A DNA stretch of 64,000 nucleotides from positions 248,001 through 312,000 of the forward strand of contig JASTWF010000104.1 of assembly GCA_030390025.1 (NCBI GenBank), read 5' to 3'. The notes below the pieces were generated by a model. That model saw only the letters and a program-made list of their open reading frames with translations. It was not told the origin of the DNA and did no database searches. The position numbers and the translations under genes were made by a program. The DNA comes from Squalus acanthias. Its lineage: Eukaryota. Of the stretch, positions 13,001 through 27,728 are shown piece after piece (position 1 is the stretch's first letter; every line of letters begins with the position of its first letter).

Positions 13001-16000
13001 ATAACTGTGGGGTGAGTCAGTACAGGAGGTGGTGCTGTGTGTCCATTATTATATATTATATATAACTGTGGGGTGAGCCAGTACAGGAGGCGGTGCTGTG
13101 TGTCCATTATTATATATTATATATAACTGTGGGGTGAGTCAGTACAGGAGGCGGTGCTGTGTGTCCATTATTATATATTATATATAACTGTGGGGTGAGT
13201 CAGTACAGGAGGCGGTGCTGTGTGTCCATTATTATATATTATATATAACTGTGGGGTGAGTCAGTACAGGAGGCGGTGCTGTGTGTCCATTATTATATAT
13301 TATATATAACTGTGGGGTGAGTCAGTACAGGAGGCGGTGCTGTGTGTCCATTATTATATATTATATATAACTGTGGGGTGAGTCAGTACAGGAGGCGGTG
13401 CTGTGTGTCCATTATTATATATTATATATAACTGTGGGGTGAGTCAGTACAGGAGGCGGTGCTGTGTGTCCATTATTATATATTTTATATAACTGTGGGG
13501 TGAGTCAGTACAGGAGGCGGTGCTGTGTGTCCATTATTATATATTATATATAACTGTGGGGTGAGTCAGTACAGGAGGTGGTGCCCTGTGTCCATTATTA
13601 TATGTTATATATAACTGTGGGGTGAGTCAGTACAGGAGGTGGTGCCTGTGTCCATTATTATATATTATATATAACTGTGGGGTGAGTCAGTACAGGAGGC
13701 GGTGCTGTGTGTCCATTATTATATATTATATATAACTGTGGGGTGAGTCAGTACAGGAGGTGGTGCTGTGTGTCCATTATTATATATTATATATAACTGT
13801 GGGGTGAGTCAGTACAGGAGGCGGTGCTGTGTGTCCATTATTATATATTATATATAACTTTGAGGTGAGTCAGTACAGGAGGTGGTCCTGTGTCCATTAT
13901 TATATATTATATATAACTGTGGGGTGAGTCAGTACAGGAGGCGGTGCTGTGTGTCCATTATTATATATTATATATAACTGTGGGGTGAGTCAGTACAGGA
14001 GGCGGTGCTGTGTGTCCATTATTATATATTATATATAACTGTGGGGTGAGTCAGTACAGGAGGCGGTGCTGTGTGTCCATTATTATATATTATATATAAC
14101 TGTGGGGTGAGTCAGTACAGGAGGCGGTGCTGTGTGTCCATTATTATATATTATATATAACTGTGGGGTGAGTCAGTACAGGAGGCGGTGCTGTGTGTCC
14201 ATTATTATATATTATATATAACTGTGGGGTGAGTCAGTACAGGAGGCGGTGCTGTGTGTCCATTATTATATATTATATATAACTGTGGGGTGAGTCAGTA
14301 CAGGAGGCGGTGCTGTGTGTCCATTATTATATATTATATATAACTGTGGGGTGAGTCAGTACAGGAGGCGGTGCTGTGTGTCCATTATTATATATTATAT
14401 ATAACTGTGGGGTGAGTCAGTACAGGAGGTGGTGCCTGTGTCCATTATTATATATTATATATAACTGTGGGGTGAGTCAGTACAGGAGGCGGTGCTGTGT
14501 GTCCATTATTATATATTATATATAACTGTGGGGTGAGTCAGTACAGGAGGCGGTGCTGTGTGTCCATTATTATATATTATATATAACTGTGGGGTGAGTC
14601 AGTACAGGAGGTGGTGCCTGTGTCCATTATTATATATTATATATAACTGTGGGGTGAGTCAGTACAGGAGGTGGTGCTGTGTCCATTATTATATATTATA
14701 TATAACTGTGGGGTGAGTCAGTACAGGAGGCGGTGCTGTGTGTCCATTATTATATATTATATATAACTGTGGGGTGAGTCAGTACAGGAGGTGGTGCTGT
14801 GTGTCCATTATTATATATTATATATAACTGTGGGGTGAGTCAGTACAGGAGGCGGTGCTGTGTGTCCATTATTATATATTATATATAACTGTGAGGTGAG
14901 TCAGTACAGGAGGCGGTGCCTGTGTCCATTATTATATATTATATATAACTGTGGGGTGAGTCAGTACAGGAGGCGGTGCTGTGTGTCCATTATTATATAT
15001 TATATATAACTGTGGGGTGAGTCAGTACAGGAGGCGGTGCTGTGTGTCCATTATTATATATTATATATAACTGTGGGGTGAGTCAGTACAGGAGGCGGTG
15101 CTGTGTGTCCATTATTATATATTATATATAACTGTGGGGTGAGTCAGTACAGGAGGTGGTGCTGTGTGTCCATTATTATATATTATATATAACTGTGGGG
15201 TGAGTCAGTACAGGAGGCGGTGCTGTGTGTCCATTATTATATATTATATATAACTGTGGGGTGAGTCAGTACAGGAGGCGGTGCTGTGTGTCCATTATTA
15301 TATATTATATATAACTGTGGGGTGAGTCAGTACAGGAGGCGGTGCTGTGTGTCCATTATTATATGTAATATATAACTGTGGGGTGAGTCAGTACAGGAGG
15401 CGGTGCTGTGTGTCCATTATTATATATTATATATAACTGTGGGGTGAGTCAGTACAGGAGGCGGTGCTGTGTGTCCATTATTATATATTATATATAACTG
15501 TGGGGTGAGTCAGTACAGGAGGCGGTGCTGTGTGTCCATTATTATATATTATATATAACTGTGGGGTGAGTCAGTACAGGAGGTGGTGCTGTGTGTCTAT
15601 TATTATATATTATATATAACTGTGGGGTGAGTCAGTACAGGAGGTGGTGCTGTGTGTCCATTATTATATATTATATATAACTGTGGGGTGAGTCAGTACA
15701 GGAGGCGGTGCTGTGTGTCCATTATTATATATTATATATAACTGTGGGGAGTGTCAGTACAGGAGGCGGTGCTGTGTGTCCATTATTATCTATTATATAT
15801 AATTGTGGGGTGTGTCAGTACAGGAGGCGGTGCTGTGTGTCCATTATTATATATTATATATAACTGTGGGGTGAGTCAGTACAGGAGGCGGTGCCGTGTG
15901 TCCATTATTATATATTATATATAACTGTGGGGTGAGTCAGTACAGGAGGCGGTGCTGTGTGTCCATTATTATATGTTATATATAACTGTGGGGTGTTTCA

Positions 16001-19000
16001 GTACAGGAGGCGGTGCTGTGTGTCCATTATAATATATTATATATAACTGTGGGGTGAGTCAGTACAGGAGTCGGTGCTGTGTGTCCATTATTATATATTA
16101 TATATAACTGTGGGGTGAGTCAGTACAGGAGGCGGTGCTGTGTGTCCATTATTATATATTATATATAACTGTGGGGTGTTTCAGTACAGGAGGCGGTGCT
16201 GTGTGTCCATTATTATATATTATATATAACTGTGGGGTGAGTCAGTACAGGAGGCGGTGCTGTGTGTCCATTATTATATATTATATATAACTGTAGGGTG
16301 AGTCAGTACAGGAGGCGGTGCTGTGTGTCCATTATTATATATTATATATAACTGTGGGGTGGGTCAGTACAGGAGGCGGTGCTGTGTGTCCATTATTATA
16401 TATTATATATAACTGTGGGGTGAGTCAGTACAGGAGGCGGTGCTGTGTGTCCATTATTATATATTATATATAACTGTGGGGTGAGTCAGTACAGGAGGCG
16501 GTGCTGTGTGTCCATTATTATATATTATATATAACTGTGGGGTGAGTCAGTACAGGAGGCGGTGCTGTGTGTCCATTATTATATATTATATATAACTGTG
16601 GGGTGAGTCAGTACAGGAGGCGGTGCTGTGTGTCCATTATTATATATTATATATAACTGTGGGGTGAGTCAGTACAGGAGGCGGTGCCTGTGTGTCCATT
16701 ATTATATATTATATATAACTGTGGGGTGAGTCAGTACAGGAGGTGGTGCCTGTGTCCATTATTATATATTATATATAACTGTGGGGTGAGTCAGTACAGG
16801 AGGCGGTGCTGTGTGTCCATTATTATATATTATATATAACTGTGGGGTGAGTCAGTACAGGAGGCGGTGCTGTGTGTCCATTATTATATATTATATATAA
16901 CTGTGGGGTGAGTCAGTACAGGAGGCGGTGCTGTGTGTCCATTATTATATATTATATATAACTGTGGGGTGAGTCAGTACAGGAGGCGGTGCTGTGTGTC
17001 CATTATTATATATTATATATAACTGTGGGGTGAGTCAGTACAGGAGGCGGTGCTGTGTGTCCATTATTATATATTATATATAACTGTGGGGTGAGTCAGT
17101 ACAGGAGGCGGTGCTGTGTGTCCATTATTATATATTATATATAACTGTGGGGTGAGTCAGTACAGGAGGCGGTGCTGTGTGTCCATTATTATATATTATA
17201 TATAACTGTGGGGTGAGTCAGTACAGGAGGCGGTGCTGTGTGTCCATTATTATATATTATATATAACTGTGGGGTGAGTCAGTACAGGAGGTGGTGCTGT
17301 GTGTCCATTATTATATATTATATATAACTGTGGGGTGAGTCAGTACAGGAGGCGGTGCTGTGTGTCCATTATTATATATTATATATAACTGTGGGGTGAG
17401 TCAGTACAGGAGTCGGTGCTGTGTGTCCATTATTATATATTATATATAACTGTGGGGTGAGTCAGTACAGGAGGCGGTGCTGTGTGTCCATTATTATATA
17501 TTATATATAACTGTGGGGTGTTTCAGTACAGGAGTCGGTGCTGTGTGTCCATTATTATATATTATATATAACTGTGGGGTGAGTCAGTACAGGAGGCGGT
17601 GCTGTGTGTCCATTATTATATATTATATATAACTGTGGGGTGTTTCAGTACAGGAGGCGGTGCTGTGTGTCCATTATTATATATTATATATAACTGTGGG
17701 GTGAGTCAGTACAGGAGGCGGTGCTTGTGTCCATTATTATATATTATATATAACTGTGGGTGAGTCAGTACAGGAGGCGGTGCCTGTGTCCATTATTATA
17801 TATTATATATAACTGTGGGGTGTGTCAGTACAGGAGGCGGTGCTGTGTGTCCATTATTATATATTATATATAACTGTGGGGTGAGTCAGTACAGGAGGCG
17901 GTGCTGTGTGTCCATTATTATATATTATATATAACTGTGGGGTGAGTCAGTACAGGAGGCGGTGCTGTGTGTCCATTATTATATATTATATATAACTGTG
18001 GGGTGAGTCAGTACAGGAGGCGGTGCTGTGTGTCCATTATTATATATTATATATAACTGTGGGGTGAGTCAGTACAGGAGGCGGTGCTGTGTGTCCATTA
18101 TTATATATTATATATAACTGTGGGGTGAGTCAGTACAGGAGGCGGTGCTGTGTGTCCATTATTATATATTATATATAACTGTGGGGTGAGTCAGTACAGG
18201 AGGCGGTGCTGTGTGTCCATTATTATATATTATATATAACTGTGGGGTGATTCAGTACAGGAGTCGGTGCTGTGTGTCCATTATTATATATTATATATAA
18301 CTGTGGGGTGAGTCAGTACAGGAGGCGGTGCTGTGTGTCCATTATTATATATTATATATAACTGTGGGGTGTTTCAGTACAGGAGGCGGTGCTGTGTGTC
18401 CATTATTATATATTATATATAACTGTGGGGTGAGTCAGTACAGGAGGCGGTGCTATGTGTCCATTATTATATATTATATATAACTGTAGGGTGAGTCAGT
18501 ACAGGAGGCGGTGCTGTGTGTCCATTATTATATATTATATATAACTGTGGGGTGTGTCAGTACAGGAGGCGGTGCTGTGTGTCCATTATTATATATTATA
18601 TATAACTGTGGGGTGAGTCAGTACAGGAGGCGGTGCTGTGTGTCCATTATTATATATTATATATAACTGTGGGGTGAGTCAGTACAGGAGGCGGTGCTGT
18701 GTGTCCATTATTATATATTATATATAACTGTGGGGTGAGTCAGTACAGGAGGCGGTGCCGTGTGTCCATTATTATATATTATATATAACTGTGGGGTGAG
18801 TCAGTACAGGAGGCGGTGCTGTGTGTCCATTATTATATATTATATATAACTGTGGGGTGAGTCAGTACAGGAGGCGGTGCTGTGTGTCCATTATTATATA
18901 TTATATATAACTGTGGGGTGAGTCAGTACAGGAGGCGGTGCTGTGTGTCCATTATTATATATTATATATAACTGTGGGGTGAGTCAGTACAGGAGGCGGT

Positions 19001-19151
19001 GCTGTGTGTCCATTATTATATATTATATATAACTGTGGGGTGAGTCAGTACAGGAGGTGGTGCTGTGTGTCCATTATTATATATTATATATAACTGTGGG
19101 GTGAGTCAGTACAGGAGGCGGTGCTGTGTGTCCATTATTATATATTATATA

Positions 19152-20226
19152 AAATAACAACAGAAAACGCTGGAAAAACTCAGCAGGCCAGGCAGCATCC
19201 GTGGAGAGAGAAAGAGAGTTAACCTTTCAGGTCGATGACCATTCGTCAGAACTGTGAAGAGCTGGAAATCAAATAGATTTAAGGCCAGAGTAAAGCTGGG
19301 AAAAGGGGGAGGGGATAAAAGAACAAAGGGGGAGATGAAGAGACATTAAGAGACATTAAGAGATATGCAAGGCTAGAGGTGGTGTTAATGTGACAGATTA
19401 AGGCTGAAAGAAGTGTGAAATCCACTGGCAGAATGAAGGACAGCTGCCAGCTTCTAGGAGGGAAAAAAAGGTGGGGGGGGCAAATAAAAGGGTGGAAAAA
19501 GTAAAATATAAATGTGATTGGAGCTGAGGTTATGATCTAAAATTGTTGAACTCGATATTGAGTCCAGAGGGCTGTAGCGTGCCTAAACGAAAGATGAGGT
19601 GCTGTTCCTCGAGCTTACGCTGCGCTTCCGTGGAACAGTGTAATAGGCCGAGGACGGTGAGGTCAGAGTGGGAGTGAAGCGGTGAATTAAAGTGACAGGC
19701 CACCGGGAGCTCGGGGTCCCCCTTACGGACTGAACGGAGGTGTTCCGCAAAGCGGTCACCCAATCTGCGTTTGGTCTCCCCAATGTAGAGGAGACCACAT
19801 CGTGAGCAGCGAATACAGTATACTAAATTGCAGGAAGTACAAGTAAATCGCTGTTTCACCTGGAAGGGGTGTTTGGGGCCCTGGACAGTGGGAAGAGGGG
19901 AGGTGTAAGGGCATGTGTTGCATCTCCTGCGCGTGCACGGGAAGGTGCCGGGCGAAGGGGAAGGGGTGCTGGGGGTGGTAGAGGAGTGGACTAGGGTGTC
20001 GCGGAGGGAGCGGTCCCTGCGGAATGCTGAAAGGGGAGGTGAGGGGAAGATGTGTTTGGTGGTGGGATCACGCTGGAGGTGGCGGAAATGGCGGAGGATG
20101 ATCCGTTGAATGTGGAGGCTGGTGGGGTGAAAGGTGAGGACAAGGGGAACCCTATCGTGGTTCCGGGAGGGAGGGGCAGGGGTGAGGGCAGAAGTGCGGG
20201 AGATAGAACGGACACGGTCGAGGGCC
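19152..20226 (-). mobile_element. Penelope-like element copy 2 (GIY-YIG ORF 19530-20228)
   Basis: Same junctions and near-identical sequence to copy 1. Confidence 0.92.
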
Positions 20227-21996
20227 ATAACTGTGGGGTGAGTCAGTACAGGAGGTGGTGCTGTGTGTCCATTATTATATATTATATATAACTGTGGGGT
20301 GAGTCAGTACAGGAGGCGGTGCTGTGTGTCCATTATTATATGTTATATATAACTGTGGGGTGAGTCAGTACAGGAGGCGGTGCTGTGTGTCCATTATTAT
20401 ATATTATATATAACTGTGGGGTGAGTCAGTACAGGAGGCGGTGCTGTGTGTCCATTATTATATATTATATATAACTGTGGGGTGTGTCAGTACAGGAGGT
20501 GGTGCCGTGTGTCCATTATTATATATTATATATAACTGTGGGGTGAGTCAGTACAGGAGGCGGTGCTGTGTGTCCATTATTATCTATTATATATAATTGT
20601 GGGGTGTGTCAGTACAGGAGGCGGTGCTGTGTGTCCATTATTATATATTATATATAACTGTGGGGTGAGTCAGTACAGGAGGCGGTGCCGTGTGTCCATT
20701 ATTATATATTATATATAACTGTGGGGTGAGTCAGTACAGGAGGCGGTGCCGTGTGTCCATTATTATATATTATATATAACTGTGGGGTGAGTCAGTACAG
20801 GAGGCGGTGCTGTGTGTCCATTATTATATATTATATATAACTGTGGGGTGAGTCAGTACAGGAGGCGGTGCTGTGTGTCCATTAATATATATTATATATA
20901 ACTGTGGGGTGTTTCAGTACAGGAGGCGGTGCTGTGTGTCCATTATTATATATTATATATAACTGTGGGGTGTTTCAGTACAGGAGGCGGTGCTGTGTGT
21001 CCATTATTATATATTATATATAACTGTGGGGTGAGTCAGTACAGGAGGCGGTGCTGTGTGTCCATTATTATATATTATATATAACTGTGGGGTGTTTCAG
21101 TACAGGAGGCGGTGCTGTGTGTCGATTATTATATATTATATATAACTGTGGGGTGAGTCAGTACAGGAGGCGGTGCTATGTGTCCATTATTATATATTAT
21201 ATATAACTGTAGGGTGAGTCAGTACAGGAGGCGGTGCTGTGTGTCCATTATTATATATTATATATAACTGTGGGGTGGGTCAGTACAGGAGGCGGTGCTG
21301 TGTGTCCATTATTATATATTATATATAACTGTGGGGTGAGTCAGTACAGGAGGCGGTGCTGTGTGTCCATTATTATATATTATATATAACTGTGGGGTGA
21401 GTCAGTACAGGAGGCGGTGCTGTGTGTCCATTATTATATATTATATATAACTGTGGGGTGAGTCAGTACAGGAGGCGGTGCTGTGTGTCCATTAATATAT
21501 ATTATATATAACTGTGGGGTGAGTCAGTACAGGAGGCGGTGCCGTGTGTCCATTATTATATATTATATATAACTGTGGGGTGAGTCAGTACAGGAGGTGG
21601 TGCCGTGTGTCCATTATTATATATTATATATAACTGTGGGGTGAGTCAGTACAGGAGGCGGTGCTGTGTGTCCATTATTATATATTATATATAACTGTGG
21701 GGTGAGTCAGTAGAGGAGGTGGTGCTGTGTGTCTATTATTATATATTATATATAACTATGGGGTGAGTCAGTACAGCAGGCGGTGCTGTGTGTCCATTAT
21801 TATATATTATATATAACTGTGGGGTGAGTCAGTAGAGGAGGTGGTGCTGTGTGTCTATTATTATATATTATATATAACTGTGGGATGAGTCAGTACAGGA
21901 GGCGGTGCTGTGTGTCCATTTTTATATATTATATATAACTGTGGGGTGAGTCAGTACAGGAGGCGGTGCTGTGTGTCCATTATTATATATTATATA

Positions 21997-23071
21997 AAAT
22001 AACAACAGAAAACGCTGGAAAAACTCAGCAGGCCAGGCAGCATCCGTGGAGAGAGAAAGAGAGTTAACCTTTCAGGTCGATGACCATTCGTCAGAACTGT
22101 GAAGAGCTGGAAATCAAATAGATTTAAGGCCAGAGTAAAGCTGGGAAAAGGGGGAGGGGATAAAAGAACAAAGGGGGAGATGAAGAGACATTAAGAGACA
22201 TTAAGAGATATGCAAGGCTAGAGGTGGTGTTAATGTGACAGATTAAGGCTGAAAGAAGTGTGAAATCCACTGGCAGAATGAAGGACAGCTGCCAGCTTCT
22301 AGGAGGGAAAAAAAGGTGGGGGGGGCAAATAAAAGGGTGGAAAAAGTAAAATATAAATGTGATTGGAGCTGAGGTTATGATCTAAAATTGTTGAACTCGA
22401 TATTGAGTCCAGAGGGCTGTAGCGTGCCTAAACGAAAGATGAGGTGCTGTTCCTCGAGCTTACGCTGCGCTTCCGTGGAACAGTGTAATAGGCCGAGGAC
22501 GGTGAGGTCAGAGTGGGAGTGAAGCGGTGAATTAAAGTGACAGGCCACCGGGAGCTCGGGGTCCCCCTTACGGACTGAACGGAGGTGTTCCGCAAAGCGG
22601 TCACCCAATCTGCGTTTGGTCTCCCCAATGTAGAGGAGACCACATCGTGAGCAGCGAATACAGTATACTAAATTGCAGGAAGTACAAGTAAATCGCTGTT
22701 TCACCTGGAAGGGGTGTTTGGGGCCCTGGACAGTGGGAAGAGGGGAGGTGTAAGGGCATGTGTTGCATCTCCTGCGCGTGCACGGGAAGGTGCCGGGCGA
22801 AGGGGAAGGGGTGCTGGGGGTGGTAGAGGAGTGGACTAGGGTGTCGCGGAGGGAGCGGTCCCTGCGGAATGCTGAAAGGGGAGGTGAGGGGAAGATGTGT
22901 TTGGTGGTGGGATCACGCTGGAGGTGGCGGAAATGGCGGAGGATGATCCGTTGAATGTGGAGGCTGGTGGGGTGAAAGGTGAGGACAAGGGGAACCCTAT
23001 CGTGGTTCCGGGAGGGAGGGGCAGGGGTGAGGGCAGAAGTGCGGGAGATAGAACGGACACGGTCGAGGGCC
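21997..23071 (-). mobile_element. Penelope-like element copy 3 (GIY-YIG ORF 22375-23073)
   Basis: Same junctions; protein identical to copy 2. Confidence 0.92.
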
Positions 23072-24658
23072 ATAACTGTGGGGTGAGTCAGTACAGGAGG
23101 TGGTGCTGTGTGTCCATTATTATATATTATATATAACTGTGGGGTGAGTCAGTACAGGAGGCGGTGCTGTGTGTCCATTATTATATGTTATATATAACTG
23201 TGGGGTGAGTCAGTACAGGAGGCGGTGCTGTGTGTCCATTATTATATATTATATATAACTGTGGGGTGAGTCAGTACAGGAGGCGGTGCTGTGTGTCCAT
23301 TATTATATATTATATATAACTGTGGGGTGTGTCAGTACAGGAGGTGGTGCCGTGTGTCCATTATTATATATTATATATAACTGTGGGGTGAGTCAGTACA
23401 GGAGGCGGTGCCGTGTGTCCATTATTATATATTATATATAACTGTGGGGTGAGTCAGTACAGGAGGCGGTGCCGTGTGTCCATTATTATATATTATATAT
23501 AACTGTGGGGTGAGTCAGTACAGGAGGCGGTGCTGTGTGTCCATTATTATATATTATATATAACTGTGGGGTGTTTCAGTACAGGAGGCGGTGCTGTGTG
23601 TCCATTATAATATATTATATATAACTGTGGGGTGAGTCAGTACAGGAGTCGGTGCTGTGTGTCCATTATTATATATTATATATAACTGTGGGGTGAGTCA
23701 GTACAGGAGGCGGTGCTGTGTGTCCATTATTATATATTATATATAACTGTGGGGTGTTTCAGTACAGGAGGCGGTGCTGTGTGTCCATTATTATATATTA
23801 TATATAACTGTGGGGTGAGTCAGTACAGGAGGCGGTGCTATGTGTCCATTATTATATATTATATATAACTGTAGGGTGAGTCAGTACAGGAGGCGGTGCT
23901 GTGTGTCCATTATTATATATTATATATAACTGTGGGGTGGGTCAGTACAGGAGGCGGTGCTGTGTGTCCATTATTATATATTATATATAACTGTGGGGTG
24001 AGTCAGTACAGGAGGCGGTGCTGTGTGTCCATTATTATATATTATATATAACTGTGGGGTGAGTCAGTACAGGAGGCGGTGCTGTGTGTCCATTATTATA
24101 TATTATATATAACTGTGGGGTGAGTCAGTACAGGAGGCGGTGCTGTGTGTCCATTAATATATATTATATATAACTGTGGGGTGAGTCAGTACAGGAGGCG
24201 GTGCCGTGTGTCCATTATTATATATTATATATAACTGTGGGGTGAGTCAGTACAGGAGGTGGTGCCGTGTGTCCATTATTATATATTATATATAACTGTG
24301 GGGTGAGTCAGTACAGGAGGCGGTGCTGTGTGTCCATTATTATATATTATATATAACTGTGGGGTGAGTCAGTAGAGGAGGTGGTGCTGTGTGTCTATTA
24401 TTATATATTATATATAACTATGGGGTGAGTCAGTACAGCAGGCGGTGCTGTGTGTCCATTATTATATATTATATATAACTGTGGGGTGAGTCAGTAGAGG
24501 AGGTGGTGCTGTGTGTCTATTATTATATATTATATATAACTGTGGGATGAGTCAGTACAGGAGGCGGTGCTGTGTGTCCATTTTTATATATTATATATAA
24601 CTGTGGGGTGAGTCAGTACAGGAGGCGGTGCTGTGTGTCCATTATTATATATTATATA

Positions 24659-25733
24659 AAATAACAACAGAAAACGCTGGAAAAACTCAGCAGGCCAGGC
24701 AGCATCCGTGGAGAGAGAAAGAGAGTTAACCTTTCAGGTCGATGACCATTCGTCAGAACTGTGAAGAGCTGGAAATCAAATAGATTTAAGGCCAGAGTAA
24801 AGCTGGGAAAAGGGGGAGGGGATAAAAGAACAAAGGGGGAGATGAAGAGACATTAAGAGACATTAAGAGATATGCAAGGCTAGAGGTGGTGTTAATGTGA
24901 CAGATTAAGGCTGAAAGAAGTGTGAAATCCACTGGCAGAATGAAGGACAGCTGCCAGCTTCTAGGAGGGAAAAAAAGGTGGGGGGGGCAAATAAAAGGGT
25001 GGAAAAAGTAAAATATAAATGTGATTGGAGCTGAGGTTATGATCTAAAATTGTTGAACTCGATATTGAGTCCAGAGGGCTGTAGCGTGCCTAAACGAAAG
25101 ATGAGGTGCTGTTCCTCGAGCTTACGCTGCGCTTCCGTGGAACAGTGTAATAGGCCGAGGACGGTGAGGTCAGAGTGGGAGTGAAGCGGTGAATTAAAGT
25201 GACAGGCCACCGGGAGCTCGGGGTCCCCCTTACGGACTGAACGGAGGTGTTCCGCAAAGCGGTCACCCAATCTGCGTTTGGTCTCCCCAATGTAGAGGAG
25301 ACCACATCGTGAGCAGCGAATACAGTATACTAAATTGCAGGAAGTACAAGTAAATCGCTGTTTCACCTGGAAGGGGTGTTTGGGGCCCTGGACAGTGGGA
25401 AGAGGGGAGGTGTAAGGGCATGTGTTGCATCTCCTGCGCGTGCACGGGAAGGTGCCGGGCGAAGGGGAAGGGGTGCTGGGGGTGGTAGAGGAGTGGACTA
25501 GGGTGTCGCGGAGGGAGCGGTCCCTGCGGAATGCTGAAAGGGGAGGTGAGGGGAAGATGTGTTTGGTGGTGGGATCACGCTGGAGGTGGCGGAAATGGCG
25601 GAGGATGATCCGTTGAATGTGGAGGCTGGTGGGGTGAAAGGTGAGGACAAGGGGAACCCTATCGTGGTTCCGGGAGGGAGGGGCAGGGGTGAGGGCAGAA
25701 GTGCGGGAGATAGAACGGACACGGTCGAGGGCC
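24659..25733 (-). mobile_element. Penelope-like element copy 4 (GIY-YIG ORF 25037-25735)
   Basis: Same junctions; protein identical to copies 2 and 3. Confidence 0.92.
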
Positions 25734-26651
25734 ATAACTGTGGGGTGAGTCAGTACAGGAGGTGGTGCTGTGTGTCCATTATTATATATTATATATAACT
25801 GTGGGGTGAGTCAGTACAGGAGGCGGTGCTGTGTGTCCATTATTATATGTTATATATAACTGTGGGGTGAGTCAGTACAGGAGGCGGTGCTGTGTGTCCA
25901 TTATTATATATTATATATAACTGTGGGGTGAGTCAGTACAGGAGGCGGTGCTGTGTGTCCATTATTATATATTATATATAACTGTGGGGTGTGTCAGTAC
26001 AGGAGGTGGTGCCGTGTGTCCATTATTATATATTATATATAACTGTGGGGTGAGTCAGTACAGGAGGCGGTGCCGTGTGTCCATTATTATATATTATATA
26101 TAACTGTGGGGTGAGTCAGTAGAGGAGGTGGTGCTGTGTGTCTATTATTATATATTATATATAACTGTGGGGAGAGTCAGTACAGGAGGCGGTGCTGTGT
26201 GTCCATTATTATATATTATATATAACTATGGGGTGAGTCAGTACAGGAGGCGGTGCTGTGTGTCCATTATTATATATTATATATAACTGTGGGGTGAGTC
26301 AGTAGAGGAGGTGGTGCTGTGTGTCCATTATTATATATATTATATATAACTGTGGGGTGAGTCAGTACAGTAGGCGGTGCTGTATGTCTATTATTATATA
26401 TTATATATAACTGTGGGATGAGTCAGTACAGGAGGCGGTGCTGTGTGTCCATTATTATATATTATATATAACTGTGGGGTGAGTCAGTACAGGAGGTGGT
26501 GCTGTGTGTCCATTATTATATATTATATATAACTGTGGGGTGAGTCAGTACAGGAGGCGGTGCTGTGTGTCCATTATTATATATTATATATAACTGTGGG
26601 GTGAGTCAGTACAGGAGGCGGTGCTGTGTGTCCATTATTATATATTATATA

Positions 26652-27728
26652 AAATAACAACAGAAAACGCTGGAAAAACTCAGCAGGCCAGGCAGCATCC
26701 GTGGAGAGAGAAAGAGAGTTAACGTTTCAGGTCGATGACCATTCGTCAGAACTGTGAAGAGCCGGAAATCAAATAGATTTAAGGCCAGAGTAAAGCTGGG
26801 CAAAGGGGGAGGGGATAAAAGAACAAAGGGGGGGATGAAGAGACATAAAGAGACATTAAGAGATATGCAAGGCTAGAGGTGGTGTTAATGTGACAGATTA
26901 AGGCTGAAAGAAGTGTGAAATCCACTGGCAGAATGAAGGACAGCTGCCAGCTTCTAGGAGGAAAAAAAAGGTGAGGGGGGGGCAAATAAAAGGGTGGAAA
27001 AAATAAAATATAAATGTGATTGGAGCTGAGGTTATGATCTAAAATTGTTGAACTCGATATTGAGTCCAGAGGGCTGTAGCGTGCCTAAACGAAAGATGAG
27101 GTGCTGTTCCTCGAGCTTACGCTGCGCTTCCGTGGAACAGTGTAATAGGCCGAGGACGGTGAGGTCAGAGTGGGAGTGAAGCGGTGAATTAAAGTGACAG
27201 GCCACCGGGAGCTCGGGGTCCCCCTTACGGACTGAACGGAGGTGTTCCGCAAAGCGGTCACCCAATCTGCGTTTGGTCTCCCCAATGTAGAGGAGACCAC
27301 ATCGTGAGCAGCGAATACAGTATACTAAATTGCAGGAAGTACAAGTAAATCGCTGTTTCACCTGGAAGGGGTGTTTGGGGCCCTGGACAGTGGGAAGAGG
27401 GGAGCTGTAAGGGCATGTGTTGCATCTCCTGCGCGTGCACGGGAAGGTGCCGGGCGAAGGGGAAGGGGTGCTGGGGGTGGTAGAGGAGTGGACTAGGGTG
27501 TCGCGGAGGGAGCGGTCCCTGCGGAATGCTGAAAGGGGAGGTGAGGGGAAGATGTGTTTGGTGGTGGGATCACGCTGGAGGTGGCGGAAATGGCGGAGGA
27601 TGATCCGTTGAATGTGGAGGCTGGTGGGATGAAAGGTGAGGACAAGGGGAACCCTATCGTGGTTCCGGGAGGGAGGGGCAGGGGTGAGGGTAGAAGTGCG
27701 GGAGATAGAACGGACACGGTCGAGGGCC
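26652..27728 (-). mobile_element. Penelope-like element copy 5 (GIY-YIG ORF 27032-27835)
   Basis: Same junctions; several SNPs shared with copy 6. Confidence 0.92.
26717..26753 (-). ncRNA. Minimal type I hammerhead ribozyme motif in Penelope 3' region (intact form)
   Basis: Minus strand AGTT-CTGACGA-ATGGTC-ATC-GACCT-GAAA-CGTT-AACT: CUGAnGA and GAAA core boxes, GGTC/GACC stem II, palindromic AACGTT stem III, AGTT/AACT stem I. Confidence 0.75.
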
